Source: a virus
Taxonomy: Duplodnaviria > Caudoviricetes
Length of the DNA stretch: 39,264 nt
Virus record (IMG/VR): IMGVR_UViG_3300005731_000047
Span: 1 to 39,264 of that record
Strand: one strand, 5' to 3'
Shown here: positions 1 through 9,284 of the stretch, one piece after another
How the letters are laid out: each line of letters starts with the position of its first letter
How positions within the stretch are numbered: the first letter of the stretch is position 1
Made by a program: the position numbers and the translations under genes
The notes under the pieces: model-generated
The model's database searches: none
Told to the model about the DNA's origin: nothing
What the model saw: only the letters and a program-made list of their open reading frames with translations

Positions 1-50
1 CTGCTGTGTGGTTCCCTCGCCCGCTGGTATTGTGGCCTGTGTGGTGCCTG
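1..50. repeat. 50-bp terminal direct repeat (circular-assembly overlap), identical to 39215-39264
   Basis: ctgctgtgtggttccctcgc...gtggtgcctg is present at both ends; an ORF reads in frame across the junction. Confidence 0.97.
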
Positions 51-840
51 CCGTGGTGGCTGTTACTGTGATTTTCCCCTCATTAACGCCAGACGATCCC
101 GCCCTGAATAGGGCAACGCGGTTAACACCTAAGAATGTGCCGGTGGTTGTTACTGCAGACGTGCCATTCAGCAACACAACTTCTGTCTGAGACTTGCGAT
201 TAGCATCAATCCCATAAACCACAACGCCATGAGCGCCTGTGTCGCCGTCATCATCGTTGGCATCTGCCGAGACAATATCTAAGGTTTCAGCGCTGGTTAG
301 AAATGTCATATCCCCACCAGGCTCCCAGATCATTTCAGAGGCCCCTGTGTCAATGTCGGTGTTGTAGCCCCATTTGTGCCAAGTTGTATATCCTTGGCGC
401 TTACCAAGAGCAATCTCATCTCGGGGGTTGGTGGGCCTAACCACAATAGCATCGTAATCCTGCGCCATCGTGCCGTCGGTCGGGATGTTGAGGTTCTGCT
501 TAACACCCGTAAGGCTCTGAAGTCGGAAATAGGTCTGTGCTGTTGACCCATTCGTATAAACGATTCGGAAATACTTTCTAGCCACGGTAAAGCGGTGCGG
601 CGCGTTAATCCGCTCCGTTCTGTAGTAGCGCGTTAGCGTAGAATCGACGTTAGTCCCATCAGGGGAGAATTGAACAGCATAAGATCCGTCCTGATCGGTT
701 GTTACCGCAACGACAATGCTATCGGTGCTGGACACATCAACCCATGAACCCGTAAACACCCCGCCAATACCTAGCGCGTCGGTACTGCTGTTGCTGTCAA
801 CCACGGTGCCTGTGTTTGAGCCAGGATTAACGCCAGCCAT
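1..840 (-). CDS. 5' part of a 384-aa virion structural protein (possible head fibre) spanning the origin, continuing at 39214-38900
   Basis: ATG at 840 overlaps the portal stop (TAATG); reads open MAGVNPGSNTGTVVDS...HKWGYNTDIDTG...IPAGEGTTQQ and joins the 38900..39169 ORF in frame; absent from the ORF track because it is split. Confidence 0.85.
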   Translation of the reverse strand, partial: MAGVNPGSNTGTVVDSNSSTDALGIGGVFTGSWVDVSSTDSIVVAVTTDQDGSYAVQFSPDGTNVDSTLTRYYRTERINAPHRFTVARKYFRIVYTNGSTAQTYFRLQSLTGVKQNLNIPTDGTMAQDYDAIVVRPTNPRDEIALGKRQGYTTWHKWGYNTDIDTGASEMIWEPGGDMTFLTSAETLDIVSADANDDDGDTGAHGVVVYGIDANRKSQTEVVLLNGTSAVTTTGTFLGVNRVALFRAGSSGVNEGKITVTATTAGTTQATIPAGEGTTQQ

Positions 841-2798
841 TATTCATCACCTATCTTAACAGCGCGTCGTTGTTCGCGCTCTAGCTCTATTTCTTCGTCA
901 GCATGCTCTGCTTCGATAATCATGCCAGCCTCTTGTAGGCGCAACTCTGCTTCCCTGAGTGCTAGTTCAGCCTCTTTTATCTGGACATCAAGAGCGCCCA
1001 TTTCGCGCTTGTGCTGCAATTCGGCAGTTTTGAGGGCCACGTCAGCTTGTAGCTTCTGCTCTTCTAGCTGCGCTTTCTTCATTCCGGCCATTTGCTCTGG
1101 GCTTGGCTCAGTGTTCTGTGAAGACTGTTTAGCTATATTACCCATTTGCTCCAGAGCGTCTTCTGCCTGCTTGCCGAGGTTGAATTGACGCGCAAACGCA
1201 GAATACAGATCAACAACAGCGCCCGCCATTTGTGGGGCTTGCGCAACCACAGGGGCCATTGTGCTGAAGAATGAAGCCGTGCCATTAAGAAACTCGCCCA
1301 TCTCCCCCTTCATGCGGGTTAGGTCGGCCCTTACGGTACTATCGCTCTCAACATCAATGATATACTGTTCTACACCGCCCTCCATAACCGCCATAACCTC
1401 TTCGGTTGCTTGAATGCCCGTAATCTCTGTTAGGCGCTCAGGGGAGAAGTTCTTAGCGATAAGCTCGGATGTAATGACAAACAGATCGCGAACCTGACGC
1501 TCAATAAGGCGTTGCATCTTATTGATGCGCAGTGAACCCCATTGGGTTTTGATCTGCTGTGCTGTTGCCGTTTCGCCTGAATTAGACGAGCCGCGAACAA
1601 TGTCTGAAATGCCCGTAATCTCGTAGATAAGCTGCTTTGTCTGCTCACGTGATACCATAAGTTCACGGAGAACCTGGATAGCCATATCAACAGGCCACCA
1701 TATAATAGCCTTATCAAGTCCACCTGTTTGCGCTAGACCCTCAACATTGCGGATTGGAACAAGCTCATTGTCACCAGCATCAGCAACCGCCTGAATATTC
1801 TCAGCGTCGCCCGCAATACCACCACGGACACGCAGACCGTCAACGATAGCGTTAATGCGTCGGGTAATCTTATCAAGCTCCTCGGCTTGCTTGCGGTAAA
1901 CCTTATAAGGGTTAATAGGCGTTCTGCGTCCGGTTAGGCAAACAGGCTGCACAGGTCGATGAATAGGGAAAAAGCCCTTTAGTCCTAGCGGGTCATCCTC
2001 CATCTTCATCACAACGCCGTCATTCTCGCGTACAAACTTAACAGTGCGTGAATCCTTACACCAAATCTCCCATACGGTCATATCACCCGTATTGTCGCTT
2101 GGATCGTTATCAATGGCCTGAGAGGACATAAGCTCCTCGTCATAATCGGCTAGCATTTCTTGCGTGATGGTATGCTTAAAGGCAACCCACGGCAAATCCT
2201 CGAACCTAGACGCTGGACCCTCCAAGTAATCCCGCCAAGGCACAGTCTCGTAAAGAACCCGCTCGTTGCTTACTTGCTGATAGGTTACCTCCTCTTCGGT
2301 GTATTCGAAGGTAACAGGGTCTTGCATGACCTCAACTTGGGTAAACTCTTCAACGTCGCTATCCATGCGGACACGAACAATGCCGCGCCCCGCCAAGAAC
2401 GCATCTTGCGCGGAACCTTCAATCTCTGTGTCCAGCGAGTTATCGTCAATCTGAATTGCTACGGCACGCTCTAGAATGTCCGAAACCACCTTTACGGGGT
2501 CTTGCGCCTCCATGCCCTGCATCTCGTCAGGCATTTCGCGAGACCACTTGGGGCGAATGTCTGGCACTGGTGTTGAGTTGTAAATAGACGGGACAATGGT
2601 CTCAACGTTAGAATAGAGAATGTTGAAGTCTGGAACCTTGCCAGCATCCCCCTTCTCATTCATTGAATAGGTGCGTTCTGCTGCCCTTGCGTCCTTAAGC
2701 CAATCCTCGTCACGGCGCTGGGCGGTGCGAATGCGCTCCATCCACTTGCCGCCGATTTCTCTTAGCTCTGGTCCCTGTTTACCCGCGTCATCTATCAT
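840..2798 (-). CDS. Portal protein
   Basis: 652 aa directly after TerL; FNILYSNVET, YEITGISDIVRG and ETATAQQIK motifs plus a C-terminal coiled-coil barrel, typical of podoviral portals. Confidence 0.9.
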   Translation of the reverse strand: MIDDAGKQGPELREIGGKWMERIRTAQRRDEDWLKDARAAERTYSMNEKGDAGKVPDFNILYSNVETIVPSIYNSTPVPDIRPKWSREMPDEMQGMEAQDPVKVVSDILERAVAIQIDDNSLDTEIEGSAQDAFLAGRGIVRVRMDSDVEEFTQVEVMQDPVTFEYTEEEVTYQQVSNERVLYETVPWRDYLEGPASRFEDLPWVAFKHTITQEMLADYDEELMSSQAIDNDPSDNTGDMTVWEIWCKDSRTVKFVRENDGVVMKMEDDPLGLKGFFPIHRPVQPVCLTGRRTPINPYKVYRKQAEELDKITRRINAIVDGLRVRGGIAGDAENIQAVADAGDNELVPIRNVEGLAQTGGLDKAIIWWPVDMAIQVLRELMVSREQTKQLIYEITGISDIVRGSSNSGETATAQQIKTQWGSLRINKMQRLIERQVRDLFVITSELIAKNFSPERLTEITGIQATEEVMAVMEGGVEQYIIDVESDSTVRADLTRMKGEMGEFLNGTASFFSTMAPVVAQAPQMAGAVVDLYSAFARQFNLGKQAEDALEQMGNIAKQSSQNTEPSPEQMAGMKKAQLEEQKLQADVALKTAELQHKREMGALDVQIKEAELALREAELRLQEAGMIIEAEHADEEIELEREQRRAVKIGDE

Positions 2799-4194
2799 GC
2801 TGTCGTTTCCGCTTTATCATTAGGTCAATAGCCTCTCGGGCTGTCACGTTAGATTGAATGCGGCCCATTGCATCTACACTATACGTCAACTCTTTAGGCT
2901 TTTCAACGTCAGGCTTAACTTGTGGGGCTTCCTTCCACGCTAGGCCAAGATAACGCCACGCCGAGCCGATATGCTCTGCCCAATCCTTTACCGGATTCTC
3001 TCTGAATGTCTTTAGGTCGTCATCCCATTCGCGGCGATAGTTCTTAAGCCCATCAACGCCCATTTCACACTTGGCGGCATCGAATAAGGCGTTATTGATA
3101 GCCATGCGCCCAGCCTGCATACCGTCAGCCACCGAAACCCTAGCAATCCGCTTAGGGTTCATCTTGCGGTCAACCAGCCTATCAAACCGTGTTTTCTTAG
3201 TTCCCCATTCAGTCACCATGATGTCATGAGGAACGTAGGTGAAGCCGTTCCAGCCCCTAGCCCTCAATTCATCGCACCAATCGTCAAGGTCATCACTGTC
3301 TGGGCTGTAGAAGTCCACAATGCGCAGCCCGTCAGCTATTACCTGGAATAACCACACTGGATTGTTGCTTGTCTTACCAAGATCCATAACGCAATGAACG
3401 GGGTAGTTCTCATCTATATCAACGTCAGTTACCCTATTCTCACGCTCTGCCTTTGACATCTCAGCGCCAAAGTAAGCGCCAACCATAGCGCCGGCGAACG
3501 AGCATAGGTACTCCTGCTCAAAGTAAGCCCGCCCAAAGTCTATGCCATAGATAGCCTGATACTCCGCAAGGCTTTCCTCTAGCTGCTCTGCCGTCAAAGC
3601 GCCCGTATGCTCTACGTTGGATAGCTCTGCAAACCAGTTAGGGCTATCAAGCGCCATGTCGTACATTCGCTTACAGTGGTTATTCCCTCGAGGCGTGGTG
3701 ATGAATGCAGCCCAACCGTCATTCTCCTCAACCATTGGTCTGTGATAACCCCAAGCGCTCGGGTTAGCCAATGCCCACTCAGAGTAGACAATGCCCGCCA
3801 CGCCAGAGCCTACCGTGCTGTCATACCTATCAGAGCCGATGACCTGCCACGTTGAGCCGTTATTAAACTCTATGAACATCTCTTGATTATTGGTGGACTT
3901 GCGTAGCTCTTGGGGGAACGCCTCATCAATACGCTTCTTGCCTGTGTGTGGGTTAACCGCCGTCCAGATAGCTTTGCGCCCCTGTGCGTACTCAGGAAGG
4001 CAGTGCCAATACGATCCGACTCGGTTGAATAGGTGGTAGCGCGTGCCGTTTAGGCATATCTCATCCTTGCCCCATCGGCGGTGGGCTATCTCTATCAGAC
4101 GCCGCTTCTTGAGCTGGATGAAGGATTCGTGGAAGTCTCTCTGATACCATCTAACCCTAAAGGTGTGGTCAGTCACCCTTTGGCTTCTCCTCAT
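2788..4194 (-). CDS. terL: Terminase large subunit (probable start GTG at 4176)
   Basis: HRRWGKD Walker-A-like motif, VYSE Walker B, FITTPRG motif, EQEYLCSF, C-terminal nuclease MDLG. Confidence 0.95.
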   Translation of the reverse strand: MRRSQRVTDHTFRVRWYQRDFHESFIQLKKRRLIEIAHRRWGKDEICLNGTRYHLFNRVGSYWHCLPEYAQGRKAIWTAVNPHTGKKRIDEAFPQELRKSTNNQEMFIEFNNGSTWQVIGSDRYDSTVGSGVAGIVYSEWALANPSAWGYHRPMVEENDGWAAFITTPRGNNHCKRMYDMALDSPNWFAELSNVEHTGALTAEQLEESLAEYQAIYGIDFGRAYFEQEYLCSFAGAMVGAYFGAEMSKAERENRVTDVDIDENYPVHCVMDLGKTSNNPVWLFQVIADGLRIVDFYSPDSDDLDDWCDELRARGWNGFTYVPHDIMVTEWGTKKTRFDRLVDRKMNPKRIARVSVADGMQAGRMAINNALFDAAKCEMGVDGLKNYRREWDDDLKTFRENPVKDWAEHIGSAWRYLGLAWKEAPQVKPDVEKPKELTYSVDAMGRIQSNVTAREAIDLMIKRKRQHDR

Positions 4195-4555
4195 ACACCG
4201 TGTTGAATACCGGCGTCATTGAACGGTCCTCCGACTCGTGATTAAAGTCGTGCTTGTCGCGCCAATCGTCTTTGAAGCGGTTCTTCATGTTGAAGATGTA
4301 GGTTGTTGGGTTGCCGCTTTCCTTTAACCCTAGTGCCATCTCAAGGCCACTGCGCTCCCATAAAACTTGGGCTTTTTGCAAACCTCTTTTTACGGCGTCG
4401 GAAAACTCAGGGTGTATCTTCATCCATTCGTTGAGGGTTTCCCTGTGAATATCACATGCCTCCGCCATTGCCGCAAGCGTATCTCCTTGCTCGCCTACCT
4501 CAATCACGGTTTCGCAGAATTTAGGATCGTACTTACTTGGACGCCCTGCAGGCAT
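4169..4555 (-). CDS. terS: Terminase small subunit
   Basis: GRPSKY N-terminus, HTH, IFNMKNRF..WRD motif; overlaps TerL. Confidence 0.88.
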   Translation of the reverse strand: MPAGRPSKYDPKFCETVIEVGEQGDTLAAMAEACDIHRETLNEWMKIHPEFSDAVKRGLQKAQVLWERSGLEMALGLKESGNPTTYIFNMKNRFKDDWRDKHDFNHESEDRSMTPVFNTVYEEKPKGD

Positions 4556-4574
4556 GGCCCTCTACCCTCTATTG

Positions 4575-4793
4575 CTATACATCGGTGCGTTCGTTGTCGT
4601 CGCCGTAGAAAATCCCCTTGACCGCGAACATGCTTGCGGCCTCGATGTGAGTCAGAGAAATGGCGCGGCGTCGCTCGCTACCGTCTGGCAATTTGCTCAC
4701 CACCTCGGCAAGCTCGTTGGCGGCGGCCTTGATCGCGTCTACGAGATCGTTATTGGATGGGTTGAAGTCCTTGGCTGTTACGTCAGATTTCAT
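4575..4793 (-). CDS. Acb2/Tad1-like helical hairpin protein (putative nucleotide-signal sponge)
   Basis: GGAGA RBS before ATG 4793; FNPS..VDAIK and RRRAISLTHIEAASMFAVK resemble the Tad1/Acb2 hairpin motif. Confidence 0.55.
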   Translation of the reverse strand: MKSDVTAKDFNPSNNDLVDAIKAAANELAEVVSKLPDGSERRRAISLTHIEAASMFAVKGIFYGDDNERTDV

Positions 4794-4846
4794 GTTATTT
4801 TCTCCATTGGTTTGCGCGTGGATTGTACGCACGATTGATGTGTGGG

Positions 4847-5257
4847 TCAACTGACCTCGTTATCTTCGTTAAGGGTTACGCGATAGATGGTTCCGCCGTA
4901 GTCTTGCATGTAGTCAGCATCACTCCTGTTTTCATACACCGTCAGATCACCATGGCCATCGAGCAGAACGTATGCGACCTGCTCTGGCTTTACTTCGATT
5001 AAGTCATCACAATATTCTGTCTCTGTCGAATACCTACCATCTGCTCTCCACGACATGAGCACTCCACCCACAGACCCAATAACGGGGTGGTGTGGGTCAA
5101 TATCTACGCGGTTGCCATGCTTATCTAGGCGGTACAGGATATTGCCCTCACTATCCTCCACTCTACCACCCCGCAACTCCCAGCCCACATTTCGCGGCCA
5201 TAAATCAACCCATGTGCCGAGGCGGTAGATTCCTTCCATGGTAATTTTTTCGGTCAT
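4847..5257 (-). CDS. Hypothetical protein
   Basis: Start overlaps upstream stop (GTGATG) with GGAGG RBS; phage-type W.ADGRY...DDL motif. Confidence 0.65.
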   Translation of the reverse strand: MTEKITMEGIYRLGTWVDLWPRNVGWELRGGRVEDSEGNILYRLDKHGNRVDIDPHHPVIGSVGGVLMSWRADGRYSTETEYCDDLIEVKPEQVAYVLLDGHGDLTVYENRSDADYMQDYGGTIYRVTLNEDNEVS

Positions 5258-5616
5258 CACACTTCCTCCACTTCTGCTGTTACGGTTCCGTTGTCGAACA
5301 GTTTGATGTGGACAAAGCGGGTAGACCCATCGTTCACCATAGTCTCTGATAGACCGCCTTTCGTATACCGTGTTCCCCAAACGCCATCGTCAGACACCGG
5401 AACAAACCCCTCAGCCACCACCTTCGGCTCCTTCACTGTGCGGTAGGCGAAGATGTTTTGCCAACGCCAGCCACTTAGGCTGTAAGCAGTCTCTCCGTCG
5501 TCTTTAATTTGGTCTTCGGGGCTTTCGTCCTTCCACAACATTTGCCCCATCGTACCCTCTGGCGCTGGGCATTCATCGCTACCGTCGTGGATTTTCCATT
5601 CGTTGTATTCAGGCAT
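5257..5616 (-). CDS. Hypothetical protein
   Basis: GGAGG RBS; W..HDG.ECP...W...I.AYR motif common in phage small proteins. Confidence 0.7.
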   Translation of the reverse strand: MPEYNEWKIHDGSDECPAPEGTMGQMLWKDESPEDQIKDDGETAYSLSGWRWQNIFAYRTVKEPKVVAEGFVPVSDDGVWGTRYTKGGLSETMVNDGSTRFVHIKLFDNGTVTAEVEEV

Positions 5617-5668
5617 TTTCTTTCCTCCAAATTCGATTCCAACCTATACACACTACCCGCTAATGTAA

Positions 5669-5698
5669 TTAGACAATTTGTCGCACCTTTGCTATGAT
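5669..5698 (+). promoter_or_regulatory. Sigma70-like promoter TAGACA-N17-TATGAT (extended TG) overlapped by a 17-bp palindromic box (5669-5685)
   Basis: Hexamers at 5670-5675 and 5693-5698; box TTAGACA-ATT-TGTCGCA. Confidence 0.65.
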
Positions 5699-5723
5699 AG
5701 GGCGTTAGCAATGGAGATATATC

Positions 5724-5801
5724 ATGCCTGAAGAATACAAGAAATACATCCCGTTTGTCGCTATCGCCGTTATCGTAGTTATCGGCCTAGTTGCGGGTTA
5801 A
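5724..5801 (+). CDS. 25-aa single-TM peptide MPEEYKKYIPFVAIAVIVVIGLVAG
   Basis: GGAG RBS, upstream promoter, hydrophobic helix; stop overlaps the clpP stop convergently; below the ORF-track cutoff. Confidence 0.6.
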   Translation: MPEEYKKYIPFVAIAVIVVIGLVAG

Positions 5802-6379
5802 TAGGTCTCTAAGACCTCATCCGCTATTCGGAACTTAACGCACTCTTCTGGGGTTAGCCATACATCGGTTTCCCTCAGAAGGTGCTTACGAATGTATTTT
5901 TCCTTATACCCTGTGAATTTCTCGTAGTGCGCGATAATACTGGCGCTCATCATTTCGTGAGACTTGCGCCGCGCCTCTAGCTCCGCCTCTTTCCCCGCCG
6001 AACCGCTAGAATAGGTATGACTCATAACCTGCGCGTTATGACACACTATCCGCTTATGTCCCGCCATTAGGGTAATCACCCCACAGGACGCCGCCAATCC
6101 CTGCGCAATTGTCGTTACAGGAATTTTGGACTGCCGTATTGCGTCAATAAGCTGCCAGCAATAGCGAACCTCACCACCCTCACTGTTGATATACAGCTTG
6201 ATTTCGTCGGGCTTGTTTCCCTTTAGGTTTAGCTCGTGGATCGCGGAAACCAAAGGCGCGATGTTATCCTTATCGAATGGCCCTGATAGAAACAGCACGC
6301 CATTTTCTCGTAGTAGCATCCCTGGCGGCTTAGGTGGTGCTGGCGGTGCTACTGGTGCTTTGCTCTTCTTCTTACCCAT
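5798..6379 (-). CDS. clpP: ClpP-family serine protease
   Basis: LYINSEGG, GLAASCG (catalytic Ser), VMSH (His), ETDVWLT (Asp), IADEV; AAGGAG RBS. Confidence 0.92.
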   Translation of the reverse strand: MGKKKSKAPVAPPAPPKPPGMLLRENGVLFLSGPFDKDNIAPLVSAIHELNLKGNKPDEIKLYINSEGGEVRYCWQLIDAIRQSKIPVTTIAQGLAASCGVITLMAGHKRIVCHNAQVMSHTYSSGSAGKEAELEARRKSHEMMSASIIAHYEKFTGYKEKYIRKHLLRETDVWLTPEECVKFRIADEVLETY

Positions 6380-6389
6380 GTCTATCTCC

Positions 6390-6464
6390 TTAATACCAGC
6401 CTTGTGAAACCCAGATTGCCGTAGCTGTCCCAGCGCCTATCGCGAATCCTATTAGAAACTCCAT
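6390..6464 (-). CDS. 24-aa single-TM peptide MEFLIGFAIGAGTATAIWVSQGWY
   Basis: ATG overlaps the sbmA-like stop (TAATG); its TAA merges into the clpP RBS, exactly filling the gap; GxxxG-type TM. Confidence 0.6.
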   Translation of the reverse strand: MEFLIGFAIGAGTATAIWVSQGWY

Positions 6465-7447
6465 TATTCCATTCCCTTCACTTTATCCTCGAACTCACGC
6501 AATCGCTTATATACTGAAGCAAGCTCTACAATCGTAGGCCATGAATTGATTAGGTACTGCATAGAGTTTTCCACCTTACCAAAGGCACGTACAATCTGCT
6601 GCATTAACCCCAGCGTAATAACTCCACCCACAATAGCTGGGGCCAAGAAGATATACGCCGTTAGGACGTTTGCTTGATAGTATGTCAGACGCCCCACATT
6701 GAACCACAGATAACGCAAGTAATTTGTGTAATGGATTTCCCGAACGCCTTGGAATAACTCTTCAAACGTCTTAGGGCGCTTCTTGCCATCCTTTTGCGTG
6801 TGAACCAGCATGTCACGATATGCCGCCTCCTTGACCTGAATATCATACTCAACACCAACTAGACGCAAGGCCCAAGAAAGCAGAACCATAAACAACGTTC
6901 CGCCAACCGTCCAGATAACAGCGCCAGCGACCAACCCATAATCCCAATCACCGAAGAACGTTACCGGAATAAACCAAGATAGCTCTAACAGGATTGGATA
7001 GAACACGATTAGCGTCAGGATGCTTTCCACAAGCGCCGTACCTAAGCCTTCGATAATCCGGCTAAATTTCACCGTATCCTCTTGAACCCGTTGAGCGGCC
7101 CCCTCCAGCTTATACGCCTTATGGAAAACTTGGTGATACCAATCGACCATTGAAGTACGCCAGCGAAATAACCAATGCTGAGTCAGGAAGTTTGATAGCA
7201 ACTTAACTGCAATCCAAAGCGCCGCTATTCCACCAAACACAGCCAAGCTACCAAAGTACATCGCCAGACCGGATTCATCGTGTATATTCCCGTAAGATAG
7301 GAACACTTGAATCATGTCGTAGAACTCACCAAACCACTTATTAATCTTAGCGTCCAGTCTAACGCCAATATATAGGCTCAGAAGGATTACAACGGTTCCA
7401 CCCCATGACCACAGACGCCACTTAGGGTCTTTGAAAAAATCAAACAT
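6464..7447 (-). CDS. sbmA: SbmA/BacA-family inner-membrane peptide transporter
   Basis: INKWFGEFYDMIQ, HWLFRWRTSM, EGAAQRVQEDT and NSWPTIVELASVYKRLREFE motifs; multiple TM helices. Confidence 0.9.
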   Translation of the reverse strand: MFDFFKDPKWRLWSWGGTVVILLSLYIGVRLDAKINKWFGEFYDMIQVFLSYGNIHDESGLAMYFGSLAVFGGIAALWIAVKLLSNFLTQHWLFRWRTSMVDWYHQVFHKAYKLEGAAQRVQEDTVKFSRIIEGLGTALVESILTLIVFYPILLELSWFIPVTFFGDWDYGLVAGAVIWTVGGTLFMVLLSWALRLVGVEYDIQVKEAAYRDMLVHTQKDGKKRPKTFEELFQGVREIHYTNYLRYLWFNVGRLTYYQANVLTAYIFLAPAIVGGVITLGLMQQIVRAFGKVENSMQYLINSWPTIVELASVYKRLREFEDKVKGME

Positions 7448-8196
7448 TATTCATCCTCCTCGTATAACTCTGGGCGATCTTCTTCGCCGCTGATTCCAAG
7501 TGCAACCTCGCGGCGCTGCTTGTTCTGCAAGTCCTGAAGCTCTTTAGGTGGATAGATGCGCTCTAAGAACCACTCATAGAAGTCATCTTGCTCCATATCC
7601 TTAAAAAACTCAGGAATGTCGATATAATCATACGCAAAGTTGTATGGCGTTCTGACGTAGAAATGCCCCAATTCCTCCTCAGTCGTAAACACAAGGAAAT
7701 CAGAGGGGCTTGTTAGATCGTTTGTCATCCGAGCCAGCAGTAGATTATAACCGTTCTCTATCATCAGATAGGCGTCAATGAGGCCGAACACCTGGCCCAT
7801 CTTCATACCGTACCCATCTGGAATTTCAGCGCGGTTATAGGCGATATGAAAGCCCAAAATGCCGTCAATTATTTTATGACCACCACCAAGGAAGCCCACA
7901 GCGCAAGCACTCATGCACATATACCCTTTAGGGACTTCAACTGTCATTTGTGCTTGGGAAAGAACATTAGCAATAGCATATCCCTCCCTAGCATCTCCGC
8001 CCTGAGATGTCATGATGACCTTTTGAGGCTGATACACCAGAATATAGGTTCTGAGGCCGTCCGCATCGCCGCGTGACACCCCGCCGTAGTAGTGGAGTAT
8101 CGGCGCTTGGCCCTCGACCTCTTGGACGTTGATGCCCCCCGCGTTCGATACTGTTGCCGTTAGCAAGAGAACCCCTGCAATCAAATATTTAAGCAT
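7447..8196 (-). CDS. Secreted/periplasmic ClpP/crotonase-fold protein (COG3904-like), putative peptidase
   Basis: Signal peptide (..TVSNA); MTSQGG, CMSACAVGFLGG and LGFH motifs. Confidence 0.7.
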   Translation of the reverse strand: MLKYLIAGVLLLTATVSNAGGINVQEVEGQAPILHYYGGVSRGDADGLRTYILVYQPQKVIMTSQGGDAREGYAIANVLSQAQMTVEVPKGYMCMSACAVGFLGGGHKIIDGILGFHIAYNRAEIPDGYGMKMGQVFGLIDAYLMIENGYNLLLARMTNDLTSPSDFLVFTTEEELGHFYVRTPYNFAYDYIDIPEFFKDMEQDDFYEWFLERIYPPKELQDLQNKQRREVALGISGEEDRPELYEEDE

Positions 8197-8639
8197 TATT
8201 CACCTCCCTTAGTTTCTCCGGTGTTATCACCAACCCAATCATCAAAGATCAGGCCCGAGTCCGCGTCACCGTCTACGCCCCTCTCGTCTGTTTCAAATCT
8301 ACCCTGTTGTGGGGTTCCTTGCTGCTGGGCTTCTGCAAGTTCCTCTGCTGCCCTCTGGTCAAACGGGATAACGTAAAGCCTATGCCCCACGCCCTTAACC
8401 CAAGACCAGATAATTATATCCTCGCCTTGAATCTCATGGTGAATGTAGATGAACCCATTAGGGGGATTGCTCTCAATCGGTTTTCCCAGAGACGCCTTAT
8501 AGTGGCCCTCCAGCCCTAAACCTAAAGCGACCAGCCCGACTATAGCAATGGCCTTAATAACCCCGTAGGCTCGGCTTGTGTACGCCAGAACAGCAACTAG
8601 AAGCGCAAGGCTTACGAATGCTATATAGATAACTGTCAT
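8196..8639 (-). CDS. Two-TM membrane protein with a soluble C-terminal domain
   Basis: Two N-terminal hydrophobic helices, LGKP, I.IW...HRLYVIPF; stop overlaps next start. Confidence 0.75.
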   Translation of the reverse strand: MTVIYIAFVSLALLVAVLAYTSRAYGVIKAIAIVGLVALGLGLEGHYKASLGKPIESNPPNGFIYIHHEIQGEDIIIWSWVKGVGHRLYVIPFDQRAAEELAEAQQQGTPQQGRFETDERGVDGDADSGLIFDDWVGDNTGETKGGE

Positions 8640-8648
8640 AGTTCCCTC

Positions 8649-9284
8649 CTACGGTATATTTGGGGTGGGCGCTCCTGAAGCTGAAGCGCTAGACATTTGT
8701 GCGGACCAGCGTAGTTTTACTTCTACTTGCTGATCCCTTTCGACAACCCGACCATCTTTGACCAGGAACCGAATAAAGGTCTTTTCCTCTCGTCTACCAA
8801 GATCAAAAGTTCCCTCGTACACAATGCGATAGTTTAAGATGTTAGTTACTCGGATCGTTACCGTCTCATCTGGCCCAGTGAATAGGTGAGCATTAACTGT
8901 GTACCATCCGTCAGGCAGTGCCGTGAGTGTAGTTATCTCGTAGTTCCTTGGAAGGGCTACGGCCACTCCATCAATAACAACCTTGTCTGTTGATTTACCC
9001 AAATCATCCTTCTTTAGGGTGATGTAACCGTTAGACTTGTTGGCGTAGTAAATAACCTTACCGTCTGGCCCTCTGACGTATAGGTCAACGTCCGTATCTC
9101 GCTCGGAAGGCCATTGCGCCTCAACCATCATCGAAATTGGCGGGTCAATTACGCCATTCTTAGTAATTGGGTTTAAGAATGCAATCATAACCGCAACTAA
9201 AAATAGAAATGACATCGTTAGGATAAACGTCATATCAAGGGCAACAGCGTTGTTATCCCTCTTTATGATCCGGTGATTATCCAT
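8649..9284 (-). CDS. MotB/ExbD-like partner: single TM with Asp plus periplasmic YfaP/DUF2135-like domain
   Basis: ATG 9284 overlaps the upstream stop; LDMTFILTMSFLFLVAVMIAFLNP TM; W...DTDVDLYVRGPDG..IYY.NK, DDLG, NYE and PDGWYTVNAH motifs. Confidence 0.7.
   Translation of the reverse strand: MDNHRIIKRDNNAVALDMTFILTMSFLFLVAVMIAFLNPITKNGVIDPPISMMVEAQWPSERDTDVDLYVRGPDGKVIYYANKSNGYITLKKDDLGKSTDKVVIDGVAVALPRNYEITTLTALPDGWYTVNAHLFTGPDETVTIRVTNILNYRIVYEGTFDLGRREEKTFIRFLVKDGRVVERDQQVEVKLRWSAQMSSASASGAPTPNIP

Noticed and set aside
1-50. Terminal repeat as a biological DTR or att site
   Set aside because: It falls mid-gene and the ORF reads through the junction; most simply a circular-assembly overlap
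5798-6379. ClpP as prohead maturation protease
   Set aside because: It is not in the portal-scaffold-capsid block and is the last gene of the membrane operon; a separate scaffold gene exists
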